From sequence record OM337876.1: a stretch of 64,000 bases of DNA; one strand, 5' to 3'. The stretch is from Klebsiella phage KP182. The notes beneath the pieces were generated by a model that saw nothing but the letters and a program-made list of their open reading frames with translations, was not told the DNA's origin and did no database searches. Both the position numbers and the translations under genes were made by a program. Positions 27,019-38,356 of the stretch are shown in pieces. The stretch's first letter is position 1. Every line of letters begins with the position of its first letter.

Positions 27019-28697
27019 TCCATCACCGTGAATCGTCCGACCTTCTTCATTTGAAGGTGTTGGCCATATGCCTGCGGGTCATGGTCACGGTGAGAAATAA
27101 TAAACACATTAGCATCTACCATCTTATCCAGAATAGCAGTTATTGCTTTAACACCTTCTGCGTCGGTGGCCGAATCGTAGACCTCATCAAGGAACAGACA
27201 GTTTATTTTAACACCAGAAACTTTTTCAGCAATATCACGCCATGTGAATAGTAATGCTATATCAATTCGAGCTTTTTCACCTTGACTAAACGAGGCATAA
27301 CTAAACTCTTCTCGTCCGCGAGATTTAATCGTTTCAGAGAACTCTTCGTTCAGCGTGAACGAATAATCAGCTTCCATGATTTTAAGATAGTTGTTAATTT
27401 GCTTATTGAACATCGGGATGTACTTCTTGATGATAGCTCCTTTAATACCGGAGTCTTTCAGCATTTCAGTTAAAATACCACGACGATATTTTTCCATAAC
27501 CAAATTAGTTTTGACGAGGATAATTTTATCTAATTCTTCTTGTAGCAGTTTAATCTTGTCTGAGTTATCAATAAACTCCTGGGATGCTTTATCAATAGCT
27601 GCTTTAATGCGACGCGCCTTTTCCACAGCAGTGATAGTCATTTGCTTTAAACTGGACATTTGAGTTTTGATATCTCTGGCACGTGACCGGACAGTGTTAT
27701 ACTCGCGAGCTAGTTCATCCAGTTCACTCTGGCGCGTCTTTAACTCACCAAGAATGGTATTACATTCTTCAACATGATGATTAATCTTAGTGATTAGAGT
27801 GTCATTAGAATGCAAATCCTGCAAGCACGTTGGGCAATGACCACCTTTATCATACAGTCCAAGAACCTTTGAGTATGATTCAATTTTAGACCGAATTTTA
27901 AATGTTTTACCTTGAACTTCTTGGATTGACTCTGCTGGGTCGTCTCCAATTACTAACTCAAGCAGTTCTCTCTGGAGAGTTTCTAATTCTGCTTTATATC
28001 CACGGGCTTCATTGACTTGTTCATCATACATCGTTTGTAAACGAGCAACGTTATCACCAGAAAGTTTCTTCTGCTTTTCTGCATACTCATGATGAGTTTT
28101 AATTTCATTAGTCAATGCTTCACGCTGAACATCATTAACCTGAATTTGCTGGTTGATTTCTCTTATCTGTGTCTTGTTCAGTTTGTCCATATCAGCCAAA
28201 AGAGACACTTCAAGCAAATCTTCAACGAGCTTTCGTCTATTAGCAGTTGATAACCCCATGAACGGAGTATATCCTGCCGTTCCTAATACGACAATCTGCT
28301 TAAACGATGTGTATGACATGCCGATGAGGCTTTCAAAGTAGGATTGAAAGTCCTTTGAACTTGCGGCTTCATCAAGCTTATTGCCATCTCGTAAAATCTC
28401 AAAGACATTCGGCTTTTGTCCACGTTTAATGTAGAAACTATGACCATCATACTCCATCCACAGTTCTACTACAGAGTCCTTCTTATTGAATGAGTTAATT
28501 AATTGGCCTTTCTTAATATCACGGAATGGTTTACCAAATAAGGCAAAAGTAATAGCTTCGAGCATAGTACTTTTGCCACCGCCATTCTTACCTGTGATTA
28601 AGGTCTTTTGGCATTTATCAAGTTGAATGTCAATGGCCGCTTGGCCAACTGACATTATATTCTTATACTTGACACGATTTAGTTTAAAAGTCTTCAC
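27015..28697 (-). CDS. 46: recombination endonuclease subunit (Rad50/SbcC-like ATPase)
   Basis: 560 aa; GKNGGGKSTMLEAITFALFG Walker A; >80% identity to T4 gp46. Confidence 0.97.
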   Translation of the reverse strand: MKTFKLNRVKYKNIMSVGQAAIDIQLDKCQKTLITGKNGGGKSTMLEAITFALFGKPFRDIKKGQLINSFNKKDSVVELWMEYDGHSFYIKRGQKPNVFEILRDGNKLDEAASSKDFQSYFESLIGMSYTSFKQIVVLGTAGYTPFMGLSTANRRKLVEDLLEVSLLADMDKLNKTQIREINQQIQVNDVQREALTNEIKTHHEYAEKQKKLSGDNVARLQTMYDEQVNEARGYKAELETLQRELLELVIGDDPAESIQEVQGKTFKIRSKIESYSKVLGLYDKGGHCPTCLQDLHSNDTLITKINHHVEECNTILGELKTRQSELDELAREYNTVRSRARDIKTQMSSLKQMTITAVEKARRIKAAIDKASQEFIDNSDKIKLLQEELDKIILVKTNLVMEKYRRGILTEMLKDSGIKGAIIKKYIPMFNKQINNYLKIMEADYSFTLNEEFSETIKSRGREEFSYASFSQGEKARIDIALLFTWRDIAEKVSGVKINCLFLDEVYDSATDAEGVKAITAILDKMVDANVFIISHRDHDPQAYGQHLQMKKVGRFTVME

Positions 28698-29716
28698 TGA
28701 TTTTGTGCCTCAATGTATAACTGTTTAGACATAACCTTTAAGGCTTTGATATCATCTGCGGACAGGTCTTCAAGTGCTTGGATATATTCTTCCATTAAAT
28801 CCAATAAGCTTTTAACTTCTACTTCTTCGCCATCTTCAGACTCAACCGAGTTGTCAACTTTAGAAACAGTTCTTAATTCATGTACTACCTTTTCAAGTTC
28901 TGATTCAAACTTAGGAAGGTCTTCATCGACCGCAGTGATAATAATTCGCACTGCAAGATTTCTGAACTCTTCAAAATCAACTTGCCCTGTGACAGGATAA
29001 ATCAGTTTTCTGTGCCAAGTGATTTCATTAGGGACGAAATCAAAGGTTGATAATTCAGTGTCTTGAACCCAGAAGCCACGTGGGTCGTTCTCGTCACCCG
29101 CTGTAAGCGTCCAAGGCGTTCCGATGTACTTAACGTTTGCTGCGCTTGATATGGTGTGGAAGTGCCCAGACCATACCTGTTTGTACTTTTTGAGGAAATC
29201 TGGTTCCAGCCCATGAGATTTCATTCCTTTATAAAAATAAAAGCCATTAAGCTCCCAATGACCAATGCAGTATTCAGCAGACGATTCTTTGATATGCTTC
29301 ATGATTTCTGATGTGTTCTCTTCACACATCCATGGACACAAGTCAATCAAAGTCCCATCAAAATCCATAGTCACGGGCTTTTCAATAACAGTAATATGCT
29401 TATACTTACCAAGAACTTCGGTTGATGCATTAGGCGTCAACGTATTCTTGTAGTGCATGTCATGATTTCCGACGATCGTAATTAAGTTAATTCCTTCTTT
29501 CTCAAGAGACTCTGCAATTTCACGAGCAAATTCCATTGTCTTATGAGTGATAGCTTTACGAACGTCAAAAATATCACCGTATTGAATGATAGTTTTAATT
29601 CCATGCTTTTTGGCATAATCAATATGCTGCTTAATTCCGTGTCGTTGTACATCCTGTACCCACGGGTCATCTGCGCGGACACCTAAATGCCAATCGCCTG
29701 AGTGAATAATTTTCAT
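28694..29716 (-). CDS. 47: recombination endonuclease subunit (Mre11/SbcD-like phosphoesterase)
   Basis: 340 aa; GDWHLG, GDIFD, GNHD metallophosphatase motifs; high identity to T4 gp47. Confidence 0.97.
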   Translation of the reverse strand: MKIIHSGDWHLGVRADDPWVQDVQRHGIKQHIDYAKKHGIKTIIQYGDIFDVRKAITHKTMEFAREIAESLEKEGINLITIVGNHDMHYKNTLTPNASTEVLGKYKHITVIEKPVTMDFDGTLIDLCPWMCEENTSEIMKHIKESSAEYCIGHWELNGFYFYKGMKSHGLEPDFLKKYKQVWSGHFHTISSAANVKYIGTPWTLTAGDENDPRGFWVQDTELSTFDFVPNEITWHRKLIYPVTGQVDFEEFRNLAVRIIITAVDEDLPKFESELEKVVHELRTVSKVDNSVESEDGEEVEVKSLLDLMEEYIQALEDLSADDIKALKVMSKQLYIEAQNQ

Positions 29717-29756
29717 ATAACCTCTCTAGTAGAGTTTAATTTTATATTATTCCATG

Positions 29757-29782
29757 AATAGCAAAAAGGGCCCGAAGGCCCA
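29757..29782 (-). terminator. intrinsic terminator GGGCC-CGAA-GGCCC followed by a U-tract after a-gt
   Basis: minus RNA GGGCCUUCGGGCCCUUUUUGCUAUUC. Confidence 0.75.
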
Positions 29783-29786
29783 TTAC

Positions 29787-30983
29787 TTATTTTGTCATTA
29801 ACTCAAATTGTTCTTTAAAGCAATGCTCAGAATCTTGGTGTTCTACCAGGAATTCAAATGCTTTATTTCGCTCTTTATCATAGAGCTTCCGGTCAGATGA
29901 CAGATGTTTCATTCGTTCAAAGACTTCATTTTTATTTTCATCATTCAACCACAGAATGCCAGAATCATGAGAAGTCAACGGCTTTCCATCAACCCGGAAT
30001 TTCAAAGCATCACCAGTAGCTTTATGGAACACAGGAATAGTTCCACAAGCGCCTAGTTCTAAATGCGTGTATTCCAGCGAACGCTCAAGGAATTTATCCG
30101 GAAGACGTGACAGCTGATAGCCAAATCCAGACTGAGACATACGCTCAAGCATCTCAGAGTTAACATATCGGTCAAGAACTTGAGGATTCAGACCTGGTCC
30201 AGTTTTAACCTGATGATAATGACGGCAATAATCGATTTCATAGCGTTCTTTGATGTTAATAAACGCAGGACTGCGTTCTAACCCTTCCAAGATAGTCGTT
30301 TTGCCTGCGGGACGCAGATGACTTTCATGGAAATCAAACATCAAGAAATAGCCTTTCCACGTAGTAGTACGACCAATCCAACGATGGATATCAAAATCAA
30401 TGGCAGAGAAGTCTTTCCAATACTTATCACGAATTGCTTTGATGTTCATAGCAGGTTGAAAGTTATAAACCGGAGGAGCTGAGTCAGAATCATCAAAGAA
30501 ACTCAACCCGCCGCTTGGAAAATATTCTTCCATTAGCACGGTATTAAAATCGCCGTTTGAGCTATGACTAAACAGTACATCAGCACGCTTAACGGTTTCT
30601 TCAAGACCAGCATTTCTACGAAGTGACAATGCTCTATGGTCATGTTGATATACGACTACCCGAACTTCAGGTTTAATGTTCTCTATGAGCTTCTTATAGT
30701 TATCAATCGCTGCTTCTGGAGCGTTGACAGCAGGTACTGAGTTGATGATAAGAATGTCACATGCGTTAAGCAGAGATAAAGTCTTATCGTAGTCATCTGC
30801 CAGAGACACAGGAATAGTTACATCTTTATAGCTATGTGCTCTATTACGAGTAAACGCTTTATCTTTAGCGTAAATGATATTTACTTCATGGTCATGTTTT
30901 ACTAACCACTCACGGTGCTCGAGACTGAACTTAGTTACACCACATCCCTCAAGTCCGCGAGCCATTAAAATATTAATCTTCAT
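29787..30983 (-). CDS. agt: alpha-glucosyltransferase for hmC DNA
   Basis: 399 aa from MKINILMARGLEGCGVTKFSLE; ~75% identity to the remembered T4 AGT. Confidence 0.95.
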   Translation of the reverse strand: MKINILMARGLEGCGVTKFSLEHREWLVKHDHEVNIIYAKDKAFTRNRAHSYKDVTIPVSLADDYDKTLSLLNACDILIINSVPAVNAPEAAIDNYKKLIENIKPEVRVVVYQHDHRALSLRRNAGLEETVKRADVLFSHSSNGDFNTVLMEEYFPSGGLSFFDDSDSAPPVYNFQPAMNIKAIRDKYWKDFSAIDFDIHRWIGRTTTWKGYFLMFDFHESHLRPAGKTTILEGLERSPAFINIKERYEIDYCRHYHQVKTGPGLNPQVLDRYVNSEMLERMSQSGFGYQLSRLPDKFLERSLEYTHLELGACGTIPVFHKATGDALKFRVDGKPLTSHDSGILWLNDENKNEVFERMKHLSSDRKLYDKERNKAFEFLVEHQDSEHCFKEQFELMTK

Positions 30984-31011
30984 ATATTGACCTTTGTCGT
31001 TAATTTTAAAT

Positions 31012-31038
31012 ATTTTACCATTCCCATAATAAAGCAAA
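31012..31038 (-). promoter_or_regulatory. candidate middle promoter (MotA box TTTGCTTTA, 12 nt, TAAAAT) upstream of a-gt
   Basis: minus read TTTTGCTTTATTATGGGAATGGTAAAAT. Confidence 0.4.
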
Positions 31039-31054
31039 AGGGCCGAAGCCCTTT
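31037..31054 (-). terminator. terminator AAAGGGC-CGAA-GCCCTTT after the 31053..31310 gene
   Basis: GC stem, CGAA loop, U-rich trailer. Confidence 0.6.
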
Positions 31055-31310
31055 AAATTTTCTTATAAACAACATAACCCGCAGCTTCGCATATACGCTT
31101 AGCTTCTTCAAAGCGCTTGAGCATATCTATCTTAGCATTACGAATTGCTTCATAATCGGGAGCAGGTGCTTCTCTCCTGGCGGTATCACATTTATAGCAG
31201 AAGTAACTACGTTTTGGTCCTGTATAGCGTTCTGAACAATTACTACACCGGCACGTGTAATTTCCTTCAGGCCAATCATGCCCAGGATTAGAACCCATCA
31301 AATTCGTCAT
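31053..31310 (-). CDS. Cys-rich (CxxC x3) hypothetical protein
   Basis: 85 aa; CRCSNCSERYTGPKRSYFCYKCD zinc-finger-like; 47.2/a-gt.x region. Confidence 0.4.
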   Translation of the reverse strand: MTNLMGSNPGHDWPEGNYTCRCSNCSERYTGPKRSYFCYKCDTARREAPAPDYEAIRNAKIDMLKRFEEAKRICEAAGYVVYKKI

Positions 31311-32076
31311 ACATCCCAGTTCTCTTCACTAGTAATAAAATCAGGGTGTTCATCTAAATCAATGAATCCCCAGTTCTCTTCATTTACCATTCATACCACC
31401 GTTTAAGTTGGAAGGTGTCAACCCAGACAAGAGAGTTCTTATCTATTAGCTTACATCCTTCGGTAGAGCCTAACACGCGATATTGATTATCTGCTACTTT
31501 TACTGCCATTGTTCCAGTAGCAGTGTTCAAAGTAAATCCTGCGTCTTTACGAACACGTTTAAATTTTACTTGTACCAGCATTTAGAATGTCCCAAACAGA
31601 TTTACGAGAGGTATTCCAACAGGTGAGAATAATCTCATCGGTAAAAGGTTGTTTTAAAATAGTACGCAGTTTTTCAATAGCATACTTGTAAGCAGGGAAA
31701 TTGTTGTCTAATACCGCGTCTCCAGCATGAGCTTTTAATCGCTCAATTTCACGACGGTTTTTACGAACAATTTTGTTGGCTCGAGCAATAGCTTGTTCTT
31801 CTGCCGCTTCCATTAGTTTCTGCTGCAGTTCGTCGCGCTCTTCCTGGGTAATATTGTTCATGTTATTCCTTTGGATGGTAATTTATTTCAAATGTGAATT
31901 CAGTATCAGTCCAATTATAACTGTGTTCAATTATAGCAGAATCTGACCTGAAATCAGCGTCGTGTGGATTTTTCGGGTCAATGTGAATATCAAGGTCAAG
32001 CACCTCCCTTAAATACATCTTTAGCAAATAAGGGATAGCGTCTAGGTCTTGCACATCTTCTAAAAACCCGTCGAGG

Positions 32077-32643
32077 TTAATCTTCAGCCTCATATAAAAA
32101 TTCCAGATTAGGTCCATCGCTTGTAGGTTCGCTCTTTTTAGCAGACCCTGGCGCCTTATAAGCAGTGGATTCATACTGCGTCATTTTATCGTAGATGTCC
32201 TGAATAAAGGTTTCATCTGCTAACGCAACCATATCATCGTCCCGTGAATCATACACGTTGTGGACAAAATAGCTGTATTTCTTTGCCATTTCTTTGCGTT
32301 CTTTTTTGATACGCTGAACGAATGCATTGAAACAAGCTTGGGTTATATACGCATGCGGGTTATCATACTTAGTTTCATCGAAGTTGATTAAGCCTTTAAT
32401 TGCGGCTTCAATCCCGTCTGAAATCATTTCTTGCTTCCAAGATTGGGTGTATCCTGAAAAGTTGAAACGCTTACTCAGACCTTCTGCGATCAGCATAATA
32501 GCAAGGCCGATCGTATCGTTCTGTTTTACTACTCGAGGACCGCCAGCAGCTTCAGACTCCCGACACTTCTCTTTCCATGAACAGATTGATTTATACAACT
32601 CCTTGTTATTTACATAATTACTCATATTGCCTCTTCGCTTCAA
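32077..32643 (-). CDS. 55: late-transcription sigma factor gp55
   Basis: 188 aa; >80% identity to the remembered T4 gp55 (NYVNNKEL...[36 protein letters not shown]). Confidence 0.97.
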   Translation of the reverse strand: MKRRGNMSNYVNNKELYKSICSWKEKCRESEAAGGPRVVKQNDTIGLAIMLIAEGLSKRFNFSGYTQSWKQEMISDGIEAAIKGLINFDETKYDNPHAYITQACFNAFVQRIKKERKEMAKKYSYFVHNVYDSRDDDMVALADETFIQDIYDKMTQYESTAYKAPGSAKKSEPTSDGPNLEFLYEAED

Positions 32644-32691
32644 TTAATAATATCTATTATAACAAATTTGGGAAGCGAGAGGATTAAAGCA

Positions 32692-34559
32692 TTACTTAAT
32701 CAATTCAGCGCATGCAATTAATTTCATCATGATACGATAAAAATCGTTATATGTGAAATCTGATGGAACTTCAATTACGCATTCAAAATCTTCAAATACA
32801 CGTTCCATTCCATAGTCAGCGATACTGTCGGTTTCAGCATACCAGTACGTTCCGTCTTGCGCAAATGTAATTTGGCTATTTTCAAGGCAGAACACACCTT
32901 TAATATTTTCATGTGTAAGAGTCAACTGAATTTTCATAGTTCACCCTTCATAATACGATAGCATTGGAACAGCTGTTCCATGATACGTTTGAACTCAACC
33001 AAACTAAGTTCAAACCAATCAGATTCGTCTTCTTCACGCATCATTTCCATGAATGAAGAGTATAAACTTTCATAATGAGTTTCATTTAACATAGAGGCAT
33101 GCGTTTCCCAATACATACCCTCTTCATTGTCAAACCAAACACCCATATAAGAATCTATAGTAAATCCGCCAATGCCTTCTACTACAATCATAATTTGGTT
33201 TACTTTAGCCATGCCTTCACCATGTTAATAGCATCTTCAAATTTAGAGAAAGCATCCACGGATGTGTATTCATTCTCTCCAGAGCGTTCATAAATCCAAA
33301 ACGCATCAAAATCTTCTTCAATGATGAATTCCCCGTTAGGAGTTTCAATCGTGTTTCTGCCATCAGGCGTTTTAGATATGAACCATCCAAGAAAACCAAC
33401 TTCTGCAATCTGTTCTTCAGTCATTTAAAATTTCCACCAATTGATTATAGTTTAATGCTTTTCCAGAAGAAATCATAACCTTACGCATCAAGGTATTCTC
33501 GCAGTTCTTGCTCATTTAAACCTTCTTGCCACATCTCTGACGGAGACGGAAGTTGGCTGTCTAGAGTGGATGAATCAATTGGAAATACTCTGATAATTAC
33601 GCTAGTATCTTCATCCCATTGATTTGCGAGTATCCGTTTAGCCTGACTAATATCAGGCTCAGAATGAGCCCGGATATACTTAATCCTTCTATGCCATACA
33701 CCGGTAGGAATAGATGCGCATACGATATATGAAATCATTTCGCCGCCTTAACCGCTTTAACATCGCGGAAGCCTTTCTTACGTTGATTCTTCATCTTACG
33801 AATAGTGCTTTCAGAAATTTCACCGATACCCGGCGTGATTGGTTCTACACCAAAGGCTTTAATACCAAATTCAGACAGAAGATAAGCAACCACTAATTCA
33901 CGGATGCGGGCTTTACCAATTTTTTGGCCTTCTTCCTTCATAGTTCCATGAAGTTCAACTTCCCACTGGTCAAGCAAAGACGGAGTTACACAACGTCCTT
34001 CTTCCAGCATTGCAGATACTTTATCATAAGCAAAAGAGTTCAGTACGTTTTTGATTGCTTGGGACATATTAATTTCCTCAGTAACGATTGTTTTGACAGA
34101 GGAGATTTTAAATCAAATCTCCTGTAGCAAATCAATCTTTGAGAGATTTTAACTCTTCGAGCATATCGTAGTATTCTTTACTAGCAACCGGAGCTACAGT
34201 ACAGTGGTAGCTATTGAATTCATGATATTTCACGAAGCGTTCAAGATGCCACTTAATCAGATTGTTAATTCTGTGAAGCAGAACCCCATCTGAACCGACG
34301 TAGACAACTACTTCAAATTGAAGCCCATCCCAAATTCTGGTACGGACGATATCACCTACAGCAAAAGTTTTCATGCGATGTACCAATGTTCGTTTTGCCA
34401 AGACTCACCCTTGTACCAGCGAGTCATATCATATCCATTTTCGTCACAGATGACTTTGTTCTTCATCAAGAAGTATTCATCATCAGTAAAATGCACATGC
34501 TTTACTTTACAGCCTTTACTCATAGCTTCTAGAGCTTCTTGCCAATTTAACCAGTTCAT
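32692..34559 (-). other. array of seven small 55.x-like ORFs (81, 92, 74, 85, 110, 89, 62 aa), all hypothetical
   Basis: tightly packed minus-strand ORFs 32692..32937, 32934..33212, 33200..33424, 33481..33738, 33735..34067, 34132..34401, 34371..34559. Confidence 0.4.
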
Positions 34560-34606
34560 ATTTTCCTCTCGAGTTAAACGGTATGCTGTTATCCGTTGAT
34601 AGGACT

Positions 34607-34636
34607 ATGGTATCACTCATCAACTAGCTTGTAAAC
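34607..34636 (-). promoter_or_regulatory. early promoter GTTTAC-N18-TACCAT
   Basis: minus read CAAAGTTGTTTACAAGCTAGTTGATGAGTGATACCAT. Confidence 0.55.
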
Positions 34637-34744
34637 AACTTTGTGAAATGAATTTAAAATAAAAGAGAGGTCCCATAGGAACCTCTAAATGAAGGGTATA
34701 GAAATATACAGAAGGTGGTCAAGATGACCTTAGAAAGGAACCGG

Positions 34745-35047
34745 TTAATCTTCTATGATATCTGGGTCATGCCCAGCAGCAATAAGATTGGTTTTGAATG
34801 TTGGAATGTCATACTGCTTAACGTTATCCATAAAAATGACAGGATACCGAATAGCAAGCGATGGATAGCACCCGATGCGTTTAGCAAGTGACTCAATCAA
34901 CGGACGGTCATAAACTGGTTGACCGTCTACCTCATTGATTACGTTATAGAACTCATACGGAAGCTGCAGCTTATCGAGCAAGTCACGAACTGCTTTACAT
35001 CCAGGGCATCTCCAAACTTCTTCAGGGATGCCATAGATTTCTATCAT
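34745..35047 (-). CDS. nrdH: NrdH glutaredoxin-like protein
   Basis: 100 aa; CPGC active site; position before nrdG/nrdD. Confidence 0.8.
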   Translation of the reverse strand: MIEIYGIPEEVWRCPGCKAVRDLLDKLQLPYEFYNVINEVDGQPVYDRPLIESLAKRIGCYPSLAIRYPVIFMDNVKQYDIPTFKTNLIAAGHDPDIIED

Positions 35048-35256
35048 TTCATGACCTGTTGGAGTTTAGCAGTCAGAGTGTTAACTCGTTTCTGAAATTC
35101 TTCATTAGATAACTTTTCATCTTTCTTGGTAGGATTAATCCAATCTGCGATGATAATAAGTACAATGAACGGAATTGCTACGAAAGCACCTGCCGTTAAT
35201 GCAACCAAAGCGATAACGTTAGAAATAAATTTACGAATAGCATTAATAAATTTCAT
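35044..35256 (-). CDS. small membrane protein
   Basis: 70 aa with one long hydrophobic helix. Confidence 0.45.
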   Translation of the reverse strand: MKFINAIRKFISNVIALVALTAGAFVAIPFIVLIIIADWINPTKKDEKLSNEEFQKRVNTLTAKLQQVMK

Positions 35257-35373
35257 AATTTTCCTTAAATAGTAAAGATGAACGCTGTCATAGCCAGAAA
35301 TTCCGGTCCAAACAGTTCAGTAGCCATGTGGTTCAGGGTAAACATAATTTTGTAAGTCAGCATATCTATTTCC

Positions 35374-35844
35374 TCAATCGTGTGTCCAGGTAGAACCATT
35401 TCTTACCCAGAGTCTTTGGTTGTCAGAACCACGCCAGTTTTTAGTAGTTGGCAGTGATTTCTCATATTTCCCATCAATTATAACATCGATGTGTTGTAGC
35501 AAATCTAAATCTTTGATATCTTCAAACTTATATCCTGTCCACATCCAGATATCTTTCTCCGGAAATCTTGCTTTAACCCAAGAAACTAAATTTGAAATCT
35601 CTTCCCGGTTCTGTGGATAAAGTGGGTCACCACCGGTTAAGGTAAGGCCTTGGATATACGATTTGCTTAAGTGAGATGCAATTTCTTTAACGGTATTCAT
35701 AGTGAATAGCTGTCCGTTACGAGCATTCCACGTACTACGATTATAACACCCTTCACATTTATGCAAACACCCTGTGACAAAAAGAACAGTCCTGCATCCT
35801 GGCCCATTAACAAAATCAGAAGGGTAGATTCTGTCGAAATTCAT
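35374..35844 (-). CDS. nrdG: anaerobic ribonucleotide reductase activating protein (radical SAM)
   Basis: 156 aa; CLHKCEGC (CxxxCxxC) cluster motif; matches T4 NrdG size. Confidence 0.92.
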   Translation of the reverse strand: MNFDRIYPSDFVNGPGCRTVLFVTGCLHKCEGCYNRSTWNARNGQLFTMNTVKEIASHLSKSYIQGLTLTGGDPLYPQNREEISNLVSWVKARFPEKDIWMWTGYKFEDIKDLDLLQHIDVIIDGKYEKSLPTTKNWRGSDNQRLWVRNGSTWTHD

Positions 35845-36020
35845 TAAACCTTACCTCATTACGTGCTTCTACTTCTGCATCATATTTCCAGGGCTCATCA
35901 GTTTGAATAGCCCCAGCCGATAATCCACTTTCGGGGTCACGGGTTATAGCAATTCCAAGCGGGTGCAGAACCTCTTTGTTGATTTTCCAAATCAATCCCC
36001 ATTCGCTAAGTTGGTTCCAA

Positions 36021-37859
36021 TCAACTTGCTTCATTGGTTTCTCTAACATGTTTTACCCTATGCATAATTTCTTTGTTCTTACCAAGATTGAACCCACGCT
36101 CAGAAGGATTACCAAGATAGCCGCAAGTCCTACGAATTGTATTCATTTTCTTTGGATCAGTTTCACCGCAAATTGAGCATGTGAATCCGTTTTCAGTAGG
36201 TGTCATCTCATGGGTAGAACCACAAGAAAGGCATTTATCTACTGGCATATTAACACCAAAATAATCCAACTTCTCGATAGCATAGTCCCATACCGCTTCA
36301 AGACCTTCAAGGTTGCGCTTCATGTCAGGAAGTTCAACATAAGAAATATGACCACCTTTAGCAATGGAATGATATGGTGCTTCACGGTCAATCTTTTCAA
36401 AAGGTGACAGGTTTTCTTCTACTGACACATGGAAACTATTAGTGTACCAGCCTTTATCAGTTACGCCCTTTACATCTCCAAATTTGGCTTGGTCAATCTT
36501 ACAAAAACGATAGCACAGACTTTCAGCCGGAGTAGAATACAAACTAAAGGCATACCCGGTTTCTTCCGTCCATTTATTAAGTTTAGTGTTGATATACTTC
36601 AGGACGAGTTTACCACTTCCTTTAAAAGTAAGCATATCAAATTCGTGGATGCCAATATATCCTAATGAAATTGAACTACGTCCATTTTTGAATAGCTCAA
36701 GAATTTCATCATCGGGTTTCATACGCACACCAAAAGCACCTTCCTGATAAAGAATAGGAGCAACCGATGCAGTAACACCTTCAAGTGATTTAATTCTAGT
36801 TAAAAGAGCTTCTTTACAAATATCAAGACGTTCATCCAGTAATTTGAATAGTTTATTACTATCATCTGAACATTTATAATTGGCATCTAAAGCTATCCTA
36901 GGGAGGTTCAGTGTTACTACCCCTAGATTATTACGGCCATCAAGAACGGGTTTGCCAGAAGAGTCTCTCCAAGCACCAAGGAAACTTCTACAGCCCATTG
37001 GAGATACAGGAGTTTCTGAACCTGTAATTGCTCTATTATTTCTAGCACTGATGATATCAGGATACATACGCTTAGCTGCGCATTCTAATGCAAGCTGCTT
37101 AATATCATAGTTCGGGTCTTCTTTGCGTAGATTAATGCCTTCTTCTACAAACATCACAAGCTTTGGAAAGATTGGAGTAATTCCATCGCGTCCTAATCCA
37201 CGAATACGATTATCAAGAATAGCTCGTTGAATTAATTTTTCTTCCCATGACGTGCCCATACCAAATGTGATAGTCACAAACGGAGTTTGGCCATTTGAAC
37301 TGAACAAAGTATTCACTTCATATTCATACGCCTGGAAAGCATCAAATACATCTTTTTCTGTTTTTGAAATAGCATAATCTTTTACTAATGCTACCTGATA
37401 TTTGCGAGCATCACGTACGTGTTTAGCGAATGTCTTCTCTACATAAGGAGCCAGAACTAAATCAACATTAGCAAAGGTAGTTCCACCATATTGGTGAGAT
37501 GCTACCTGTGCAGTGATTTGCGCCATAATAGCAGTAGCTACTCCAATACTCTTAGGAGTTTCAATTTGAGCGTTACCAAGTTTAAAGCCATTCTGCAACA
37601 TACCTTTCAAATCTACCAAACAGCAGTTGGTGAAAGGCAAAGCTGGACTGTAGTCCATATCATGAAAATGGATAACACCTTCTTTGTGCGCTTCCATTAC
37701 AGAGAAAGGAATGACCTGATTGGCGATATGTTTAGATACGATACCAGCCATCAGGTCACGTTGGGTAGGAAAAACACGAGAATCTTTGTTAGCATTCTCG
37801 TTTAAGAGGTCCTTGTTGGTTTTATTAATAAGTCCCTGGATTTCTAATTCGATATTCAT
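36021..37859 (-). CDS. nrdD: anaerobic ribonucleoside-triphosphate reductase (glycyl radical), intron-less
   Basis: 612 aa; C-terminal RTCGY glycyl-radical motif and CLSCG zinc site; continuous ORF. Confidence 0.95.
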   Translation of the reverse strand: MNIELEIQGLINKTNKDLLNENANKDSRVFPTQRDLMAGIVSKHIANQVIPFSVMEAHKEGVIHFHDMDYSPALPFTNCCLVDLKGMLQNGFKLGNAQIETPKSIGVATAIMAQITAQVASHQYGGTTFANVDLVLAPYVEKTFAKHVRDARKYQVALVKDYAISKTEKDVFDAFQAYEYEVNTLFSSNGQTPFVTITFGMGTSWEEKLIQRAILDNRIRGLGRDGITPIFPKLVMFVEEGINLRKEDPNYDIKQLALECAAKRMYPDIISARNNRAITGSETPVSPMGCRSFLGAWRDSSGKPVLDGRNNLGVVTLNLPRIALDANYKCSDDSNKLFKLLDERLDICKEALLTRIKSLEGVTASVAPILYQEGAFGVRMKPDDEILELFKNGRSSISLGYIGIHEFDMLTFKGSGKLVLKYINTKLNKWTEETGYAFSLYSTPAESLCYRFCKIDQAKFGDVKGVTDKGWYTNSFHVSVEENLSPFEKIDREAPYHSIAKGGHISYVELPDMKRNLEGLEAVWDYAIEKLDYFGVNMPVDKCLSCGSTHEMTPTENGFTCSICGETDPKKMNTIRRTCGYLGNPSERGFNLGKNKEIMHRVKHVRETNEAS

Positions 37860-38329
37860 TTTAAACTCTTACGAAGCTGCTTCTTGTATTTTGAAGCAAG
37901 TTGTGATTTTCCATCACTTTCCTCGTATGTAAACCCATGCAATTCCATTTCAGCAATCATCTCAGGCTTACCAAGACGTGAAAAGCGTTTAGCCATATCG
38001 GCAACATATTGCGGGTGAATATTATTGTCTTTACGATTCTGGCGGAGATAGACCAGCAAATTCTCTAACCATTCGAGGTAGTCAATATCTTGACCTTTTA
38101 AACCAGAGCGGTTGAACTTATGCTTCATTTGGCCTTCTGCCGCATTACACAGGTTACAGAGCAAGCCTCTGACCTTTCCTGCATTGTCACCTTCTAACGC
38201 ATGGTCATGGTCGAGGTGGTTCTTTTGAATATCCTCATCTAAAGGACGTTTGCAGCAAGGACATAATCCGTTCTGTGCCTGATATAGTTTTTCTTTTTCT
38301 TCTTTATATAACTTACCGGTTAATAACAT
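37856..38329 (-). CDS. 49: endonuclease VII (Holliday junction resolvase)
   Basis: 157 aa; >75% identity to T4 gp49 (MLLTGKLYKEEK.K.Y.AQNG.C..C.R.L...Q.NHLDHDH.L.G..AGKVRGLLCNLCNAAEGQMKHKFNRSGLKGQ). Confidence 0.96.
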   Translation of the reverse strand: MLLTGKLYKEEKEKLYQAQNGLCPCCKRPLDEDIQKNHLDHDHALEGDNAGKVRGLLCNLCNAAEGQMKHKFNRSGLKGQDIDYLEWLENLLVYLRQNRKDNNIHPQYVADMAKRFSRLGKPEMIAEMELHGFTYEESDGKSQLASKYKKQLRKSLK

Positions 38330-38356
38330 ACTCTTACCTCAGCGATTAGATAAGAG

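Noticed and set aside
29787-31037. 416-aa form of alpha-glucosyltransferase
   Set aside because: The N-terminal 18 codons overlap the promoter/terminator region and have no counterpart in T4 AGT. The start was moved to MKINILMARGLEG.
36021-37859. Group I intron / homing endonuclease in nrdD (as in T4 nrdD/sunY)
   Set aside because: nrdD is one uninterrupted 612-aa ORF with the glycyl-radical motif at its C-terminus. There is no insertion.
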